Positions 51,901 to 60,900 of a stretch of 64,000 bases of DNA are shown piece after piece. This stretch comes from Eledone cirrhosa (taxonomy: Eukaryota), in assembly GCA_964016885.1 (NCBI GenBank), contig OZ024746.1, positions 101,184,001 to 101,248,000 on the forward strand, read 5' to 3'. The notes beneath the pieces were generated by a model. That model worked only from the letters and a program-made list of their open reading frames with translations, was not told the origin of the DNA and ran no database searches. The position numbers and the translations under genes are program-made. How positions within the stretch are numbered: position 1 is the first letter of the stretch; every line of letters starts with the position of its first letter.

Positions 51901-54900
51901 ACATAGTTGTTGATCTTTCGATGGATGAATGGATTGAGACAATTACCATATTTCCCAGCACCAAAGATGCTTCTTCTCGAGGACGCACCCTAATTTTGAC
52001 AACCAAAAATTTGTAAAAAAATAATAAACAACCTTCGGCCTCCAAGACGCATGGTAGATTTTTGAGACTTAATTTATGAAAAAAAATAGCATCTTCGACG
52101 CGAGGAAATATGGTAGAGTTGAACACTAAAGTTTCAGGTAAATTCAAAGGCAGGTAGTTTGCTTACCTCGATTTTTTATTGCTTGTCTCCATAATAATCT
52201 AGAAATATCTTGAACCCAGCTTTTTTTTATATCGTTATCTTGAGCATGTAAAATATAGTTTTCTCCAAGTGAGCGTCGGCGGAACCAAATTTCAAATTTG
52301 TTTGTGTGATCACGGAAATTTTCTGTTAATCCAATATCTGAAGTCTACAACAAACGTAAAGGAAAACATTTAATTTTCACATAAGATTATCATTTTTCAC
52401 ATGACATATTCCCCAATTTTCATGTGTTATATCAAGTATAATAGAGGTGAATATGTGATATACTTATAATAATTGTTTCTACTTTTGGCACAAGGCCAGC
52501 AATTACACAGATTACTGGTACTTTATTTTATCGACCCTGTAAGGATGAAAGGTAAAGTTAACCTCGGCGGGATTTGAACTCAGAATGGCAAAGGCCGTAA
52601 CTCTATACGTCAAAGCATGGCATCCGACCCTCTACCGATACTGCCAATCCACCGTGATATACTTATAATAATACAGTCTCGTTATGGGTGTTTTAAGGTG
52701 GGATCATGTCACCACTATTTCAGTATCCATGTGAGAAACACTAGTGTTTCAGGATTTTTTATCCATCATCAGTAACATTTACTCTCTTGGTTTGAGACAT
52801 GAATAAGCCATAGCTTACATATAGTTACAATTAATTCTTCCATATTTGCTAAGTCACTGGAATATTTTGGTCTTGTCCATTTTAGCTTCACTACAATATT
52901 TATAATTGTAACTTAGCAGATGTGATTTCAGTGAGAACAGAGAGTTAAAAATACTTACTCTTGGGTCCCAAATAGTGGGGGGTGGGGTGGAATAAGCAAA
53001 GCAGTAGGAAAATCCAAATGTGGGTATGGAAAATCGGTAATTTTTCTAGGTTGTCTCTTGATTTTTTTAAAAACCAGAATTAGTCGTTTAGTTTACATAT
53101 TAAGACCTTCAACCGATCCTATTTATTTTATAACGTATGGGAGTTCTGTAATGTATTTTTTTTCACGTTTAATGTTTTTTATGTATAAATACAATTGTCG
53201 CAGGAATGCCACCACTTTAAATAATATTTCGCTGGAGATAGATTAGTAAAATTTAATAAACGGCGGCGGCGGTGATGGGATGGGATTATTTGAGACCTGA
53301 GAGTAATTTAATTAGTTAGCCAATACGATGTTATAAACAATACAAGAGTTATTTCCCTTGCACCTATATCTATAAATTTATGCATTGATAAAATCTAACT
53401 TTTAGACGTGGTCTTTCTGACCAGATGAATTTTGTGTGTGATTAGGTTGTTTTGGGAGTGATTTGGCCGATTGTTTTGCCTGGCCACCTCTTATTGACCA
53501 ACCATCTTTTACCTTGGATTTTCAGCTGAATTTGTTTTACAAAATTATTCTATTCCAGTTTATTCAATATTCCCTTTCATCATCATCATCATCATCATTT
53601 TACGTCCGCTTTTCCCTGCTTGCAATCAGTATATTATTTACTTTCCGATCAAGTTACCTGCCTTACGTTCTCTGACACTTGATGGTGAAAGGTAGGTTTT
53701 ACCATACATATTTTACAATGGCTAAATAGTTTTAGTAAAGCGTATCATAAGTGTTTTATAATGACTATAGTGTTTCACCATTACTGAAGCTAGAAAAGTA
53801 TACAAATAAAAATCATTGCCAAAGTCAATGGATTCAACTTCAACTCCTTCAAGTGATGAAGAACATGGGGAAGAAAATATTGTGGGAGCAGCTGTGGACA
53901 TAAAAGCTGGTCTATAGTGAAGGTGATGTCTATCATAATAGGTCTTCCCTTTCTCAGCAGGAATTCAGAATCATTGGATATTCTGGTTATCAACTGTTTT
54001 ACATATTTACAAGATTGAGAGAGTTCCAGACTGGGGACAGGCGCGACTAAGACCACCAAAACTGAAATATGGTGAGAGGTTTATGTGGGTTAACAAGGGA
54101 CACGTTCAGGCCTTAGGAAGAGGGGCCTGTTTGAAAAATATATTGCAGTCTCCATTTCATGGTGATGGGCCTGTAACCTGTACTGGGAGGTGTGGGTTGG
54201 ATGCACAAAGATTGTGTATCCCAACACCCCAAAGAGAGTTTGGAAGAGAACAAACCTTGACAATTGGAACCTGAAACATCACAACCCTGACTGGTAAGGA
54301 GCAGAAACTAGTGGAGGATGCTAGATGTGTTATGGACTGGATCCCACTAGTGGGGAGGATTTACCTCTTGAAGCTTTTGCTGAAAGTTAGGTCCCTGTGG
54401 GTGGTGCAAGTTTATACACCAAACAAGGATCCGAATACAGGTCCTTCCTTGATGAAGTCACTGCAGCGTTAGATGTAGTTAAGACTGAGTCATATATCCT
54501 GATAGGAGACTTCGGAAAGGAGTGACTGGAAGGAATGGTGACCCCAATCTAAATATAAATGGAGAGGCCTTGCTAGACTTCTGTCCTAGCAATGGACTCT
54601 CTATTATGAACACCTTCTTCCAGCACAGAGACAGCCATAAATATACATGATATAAGGGGAATCAGGGACAAAGAGAGGGGCTGAGCTGTCAACTGATCAC
54701 CATCTAGTTACCTGCAGCTTGAGACTAACAAAAGCCAAAGAAGCCCACAAAACCAGCAGGTCCAGGGTGACCTACAGGATAAAGTGGGAAGCATTGGTGG
54801 ATAAGGAAGTCAGGACCAGGTATGAAGATTCTATTGCATCTAAATTCGGAGAACTCCCTGAGCAAACTGAGGAGGTTGAGACGGAGTGGAGATTGTTCAG

Positions 54901-57900
54901 CGCAGCAGTTTCTGCTTCAGCTGTTAAATGTTGCAGGCAAAAGAGGCTTGGTGTGGTGCTGAATGGTACGAGGACCCCTTAGTTCAAAGAAGAGGTCAAA
55001 GATGCCATCCAAGCAAAGAAGGAGGCCTACAAAGCTGGGCTTGGAAATAAGTCCTCCTTGTTGCACTTGTGGTACAAGCAGCCATGAAGAATCGCAGCAG
55101 AGACAGTAAAGGCATCCAAAGTTAAGACATGGGAGGACTTTGGGGTTAAGCTGGAATTCGACTTCACATTAGCAAATAAAGTGTTCTGGCAGACCATCCA
55201 CTGACTTCATAAGAAGTCCCCCTCCAAACCTGCTATCAGGAACACATCTGGGGTTTTCCTCTCTTCAGAGATGTACATCCTTACGAGTGGCGAGAATACT
55301 TTGCTGATCTCTTAAGTCTGAACACAGCAGCATCTTCTGATGTACAAGAGGTGCATCTGGGAGTGGTGACTAATCTCTCAGAGGCTGGGGCCGCTAGAAC
55401 AGTTAAAGAGCTCAAATGTGGTAAGCCACTGAGGAAGAAATTTGGCTTGAAATGTTAAAAGCCTTAAATATAGAAGGTATTCTCTGGCTGACTCATGTGT
55501 ACTGGGTGGCCTGGATTTCTGGGAAGGCAATTGGGAGTGATAATCCCAATTTTTAAAAAGGCAGATTGTTCCGATTACAGAGGGATCTCTTTGTTAAGCC
55601 TCCCTGGTAAAATCTTGCTAAATGTCTGGCAAAGAGATGCAGGGAGATTGTTGAGTTCAAGCTAGCTAATGAACAGTGTGGTTTTCTCCCTGGATGCAGC
55701 ACAGCCGGCTGGCCAAATATTCACACTGCGTCAGGTATTCAAGAAATTGTGGAAGTGTTGCCATAGGTATATTCTTGTTTTGGCGACCTTGAAAAGGTAT
55801 ATTACTGTGTTTCTTGAGACCTGTTGTGGAAGGTTCAGCAGGAGTAGGGGATCAATGGTCAGCTCCTTGCTGCTCTGATGTCACTGTACAAATGCCCAAG
55901 TATTTGTGTTTACAATTCAATGTGGGAGTTGGACTGCATACCGTCACCTCTCTAGTTCATTATTTGGGTAGGAAGTGGTATCACAACTGGCTGGTGTAAG
56001 TCAGCTGGTATTTGCAGACGACATAGTGTTACTTGACAGAGGGTGATCTCTGACTTGATAGGTTTGATGCATTGCTGGAATGAAAAACAGTGCTGCGAAA
56101 ACTGTGACACTTGTCCTCTCAAGGAAGCTTGTGCAGTGCATTCTACATATGAATGGAGTTCCACTGAAGCAGGTAGAGAAGTTCAAGTATCTCAGGGCCA
56201 TGTTCACTAGTGATGGAAGGCAGGAGGCTGAATTAAGTGCAAGAATTGCACGAGCTTCAGCATTCAGTAGTGAGACAAAGGGAGGTAGGCGTAAAAACCA
56301 AAGTCACTGTCTTCAGTTTTGGTATTTGTACCAACCTTTACCCAATCTTGGGTAATGAGTGAAAGAATATGATCGTGAATACAAGTGGCCAAAATGAGGT
56401 TCTTCTGAAGGGTCTTTTGAGTAAAGAAGGGAGGTAGTTGTAAAAGCCAAACTTGCTATCTCCAATTTGGTGTTGAAAGGAGGAGGAGGAGAAAGAGGAG
56501 GAAGGGAAGAAGTAGAAGAAAAAGAAGAAAACTGTTTCACATTTTACTGAATATATTTCCAAGAAAAAAAAAAATCTGTAAAATTAATGAAATTATCAAA
56601 ATTATTTCTAATCAATTTTTTATATAAATATAAGAAATACCTACTTTAAAGCTATATTTATATATATATGATTCTGGCCCACCATGTCGGTCTTTTTTAG
56701 TCTTGCTGAAAAGAACCAATTCTTCAAAAAGAAATATATGCCGCATTGATTTCTTCCTTCCTTGAGTAACAAGGAATTCATTTTGACGGAGCAGGCGACC
56801 TTGTTCTTGTAAATTTACCTGGAAATTATTTTTAAAAATTGATAAGGGAAACAAAATTTAGTAAAATAAAAGCTTTATTACATATTAATGACTTACAGGC
56901 AATTATAATTAATGGAATTTAGTACATTATTGGTACTTATTTAATCAACTTTGAATAAAAGGCAATATTAATCTGGAACAATTTGACCTCTTAATATAGA
57001 GGGATATAATAATGAAATTATTGTGTACAGTGCTCAGGTGCACTACAACTCATCAAAGGTGCATGTATAGTACATAGAATAATGTACAAATGTCAGGAAA
57101 ATAAACAGTGTATGAGTCATGATATAATAATAATAACAATAATGAAATATTGTGCACAGTGCCCAGGTGCACCACAACCCATCAAAAAAGTGCATGTACA
57201 GTACATAGGGCAATGCACAAACATCAGTAAAATGAACAGTGCACACATGTGTGCATGTGTATGGAAGGGGCACATCAGGTGTAGTTTTGGCGTATTTCGG
57301 GAAGCATGAGTGTCTTAAAGGATGCAGTGTCTCGGCAGCTAACAATTGACGCAGGCAGTTTGTTCCATGTTTCAGCAACTCTGAGCGTGAAAAAATGTCT
57401 GCGAAAGTCATGGGAGCTGTGCTGTTTTCTTATCTTGTAGGCATGTCCACGTGTGTTAGATACATGGAGATCAAAGAGGCGCTCAGGGTTGCAGTTGGCG
57501 AGATGGTTAAAAACTTTGTGGGTATTCACCAAGTCCACTGCCAGACGTCGGAGCTTCAATGAATCCATGCCCAGGGAAGCAAGGCGTTCAGAGTATGGTA
57601 GGTGTCTGATGGAGGGTATGCGCTTGGTTGCACGTCTCTGAACAGTTTCCAGGAGGTCAATGTTCCGAGCAAGATAGGGGTTCCAGACTGATGATGCGAA
57701 TTCCAAGTGTGGTCGCACCATAGCTGTATACAGTTTTAAATAGATGGCTGGAGAGCGGCTAACAAAGGTCTTGCTGGAAAAAAAATAACACCCCTTATAA
57801 AAATAATGGTGCTCCCCATATAGAAAATAGTGTCCTCTCTTCCTTTGATGTCCTCATGTGTTTATTTTACATAATGGGTGCCTCTACTGTAAGAATTGAA

Positions 57901-60900
57901 AACAGGTCTCTGATCTGAGTAAAATTGGATATTATAATCCAGTATTTCCTGCTCTTTATCCCTCATTAGTTTGAAAGTCATGGCTGGTGCTCTTCTCCAG
58001 CAGACCATTAAAAAATGAACATTATTCTCTCAGCCACTAATAATTTGATATATCAACTGTGGAAGGATGAAAGACTAACCTTGATGGGATTCCAATAAAA
58101 AGAGACTTTATTAAATACTATTTCTTTCAATATTCTACAATTTTATATAAGAAGGGAATAAATGAACAAAGAAAAGTGAAAATACTTCCAGAAATTTCTA
58201 AAAGATTTCTAGGATAAAACTTTGGCAGAAAATCGATTATAATTGCCATGGGTGTCAGTTAAAAATAATTGTTTCTACTTTTGGCACAAGGCCAGCAATT
58301 ATCCCAGTGTATTACTGGTACTTTATTTTATCGACCCCGTGAGGATGAATGGCAAAGTTAACCTCGGCGGGATTTGAACCCAGAATGGCAAGGGCCGTAA
58401 CTCTATGCGTCAAAGCATGGCGTCCGACCCTCTACCGATACTGCCAATCCACTAAAAATAATAATAACCAATGCTAGCGTGGAAAATAGATGGTGGTGGT
58501 GATGATGGTGGTGGTGGTGGTGGTGGTGGTGGTTGTAGTGGTGATGGTGGTGGTTGTAGTGGTGATGGTGGTGGTGGTTGTAGTGGTGGTTGTAGTGGTG
58601 ATGGTGGTGGTGGTTGTAGTAGTGGTTGTAGTGGTGATGGTGGTGGTGGTTGTAGTGGTGGTTGTAGTGGTGATGGTGGTGGTGGTTGTAGTGGTGATGG
58701 TGGTGGTGGTTGTAGTGGTGGTTGTAGTGGTGACAGTGGTGGTGGTTGTAGTGGTGGTGGTGGTGGTTGTAGTGGTGATGGTGGTGGTGGTGGATGTAGT
58801 GGTGATGGTGGTGGTGGTGATGATGGTGGTGGTGGTGATGGTGGTGGTGGCGATGGTGGTGGTGGTGGTGGCGGTGGTGATGATGGTGGTGGTGGTGGTG
58901 AGGGTGGTGGTGGTGATGGTAGTGTTGGTGGTGGTGGTGGTGGTGATGGTGATGGTGGTGGTGATGATGGTGATGGTGGTGATGATGGTGGTGGTGGTGG
59001 TGGTGGTGGTGATGGTGGTGTTGATGGTGGTTGTGGTGATGGTAGTGTTGGTGGTGGTGGTGGTGGTGATGGTGGTAGTGATGGTGGTGTTGATGGTGGT
59101 TGTGGTGATGGTAGTGTTGGTGGTGGTGGTGGTGGTGATGGTGGTAGTGATGGTGGTGGTGGTTGTAGTGGTGATGGTGGTGGTGGTGGTTGTAGTGGTG
59201 ATGGTGGTGATGGTAGTGGTGGTGGTGATGGTGGTGGTGATGGTAGTGGTGGTGGTGATGGTGGTGGTGGTGATGGTGGTGGTAGTGGTGGTGATGATGG
59301 TAGTGGTGGTCGTGATGGTAGTGGTGGTGGTGGTTGTAGTGGTGATGGTGGTGGTGGTTGTAGTGGTGGTGGTGGTTGTAGTGGTGATGGTAGTGGTGGT
59401 GGTGATGGTGATGGTAGTTGTGGTGGTGATGGTGGTGGTAGTGGTGGTGATGATGGAAGTGGTGGTGGTGGTGGTAGTGGTGGTGGTGGTGGTGATTGTA
59501 GTGGTGATGGTGGTGGTGGTTGTAGTGGTGATGGTGGTGGTGGTTGTAGTGGTGATGGTGGTGGTGGTGATGGTAGTGGTGGTGGTGATGGTGATGGTGG
59601 TGGTGATGGTAGTGGTGGTGGTGATGGTGGTGGTGGTGATGGTGAGGGTGGTGGTAGTGGGTGTGATGATGGTGGTGATGGTAGTGGTGGTGGTGATGGT
59701 GGTGATGGTAGTGGTGGTGATGGTAGTGGTGGTAATGGTAGTGGTGGTGGTGATGGTGAGGGTGGTGGTGGTAATGGTAGTGGTGGTGGTGATGGTGAGG
59801 GTGGTGGTGATGGTAGTGATGATGGTGGTGGTGATGATGGTGGTGGTAGTGGTGGTGATGATGGTAGTGGTGGTGGTGATGGTGGTGATGGTAGTGGTGG
59901 TAATGGTAGTGGTGGTGGTGATGGTGAGGGTGGTGGTGATGGTAGTGATGATGGTGGTGGTGATGATGGTGGTGGTAGTGGTGGTGATGATGGTAGTGGT
60001 GGTGGTGATGGTTGTGGTGGTGGTGACAGGAATATTAAAATCATATACAGTTTCTAATTACAAAATGGAGAAATAGAAGTGGCATCACCTCAGACTCTGT
60101 GAAATCGAACAGAAGAATACTGAAGAAATACAAACTGCGGGAGGGGCATGTACTCTATTTTAGCAGAGGACATAAGGTTCCTAATCAATAAAGCCATAAA
60201 AAATAGCCTATCACGATGCCAACTAATATACAGTAGGGCCATAACCATCCTACCATAAGAGTAGCACCAGTCTGTGACAGGCTGTGAGGATGAACATATT
60301 GAAGAATTCTATAAAACAACTTCAAGATGTCATTGACAACAACCAGAAAGACATACTGACAATACATGGAATAGGAAACATAATGAGGGATCTCAGCCTT
60401 TCATACCACAACACTTTAAATGAAATAGTGAAATAAAATGAAAAGTATGTTTTAGAAAAGAAGTAAGCAGGCAGATAAAAAAAAGTAGTATTTTAAACTG
60501 TTTTGATAACTACCTGAAGCCAGCCTAGTTCTACAATAGTAACTTGTTTATTTCAATGTGTTTTTATTTAACTTGAAACTTTCCATCATAATTTTATGTA
60601 AGAACCTTTATTAACCCTTTAGCATTTATATTACTCTATATATACTATTATATTTTTGTGGTAAAGGTTTTACCTCACATAATATCAAATCTATGAGATT
60701 TTGATGTTATTTATTTTGAGAACAATACCTTAACATCAGTATGAGAGGCTGGTTTGAAAGAGGTGAGAGAATTCTGGCTGGATATGGCGGGTTTAAATGC
60801 TAAAGGGTTAAACTATATTTTAAGTACCAAATATATAATTGTTTCTACTTTAGGCACAAGGCCAGCAATTACCCAGTGCATTACTGGTACTTTATTTTAT

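Noticed and set aside
58452-60076. 530-aa Pro-rich (extensin-like), Gly-rich and Val-rich ORFs
   Set aside because: They are three readings of one trinucleotide array lying in an intron between two exons that already splice in frame.
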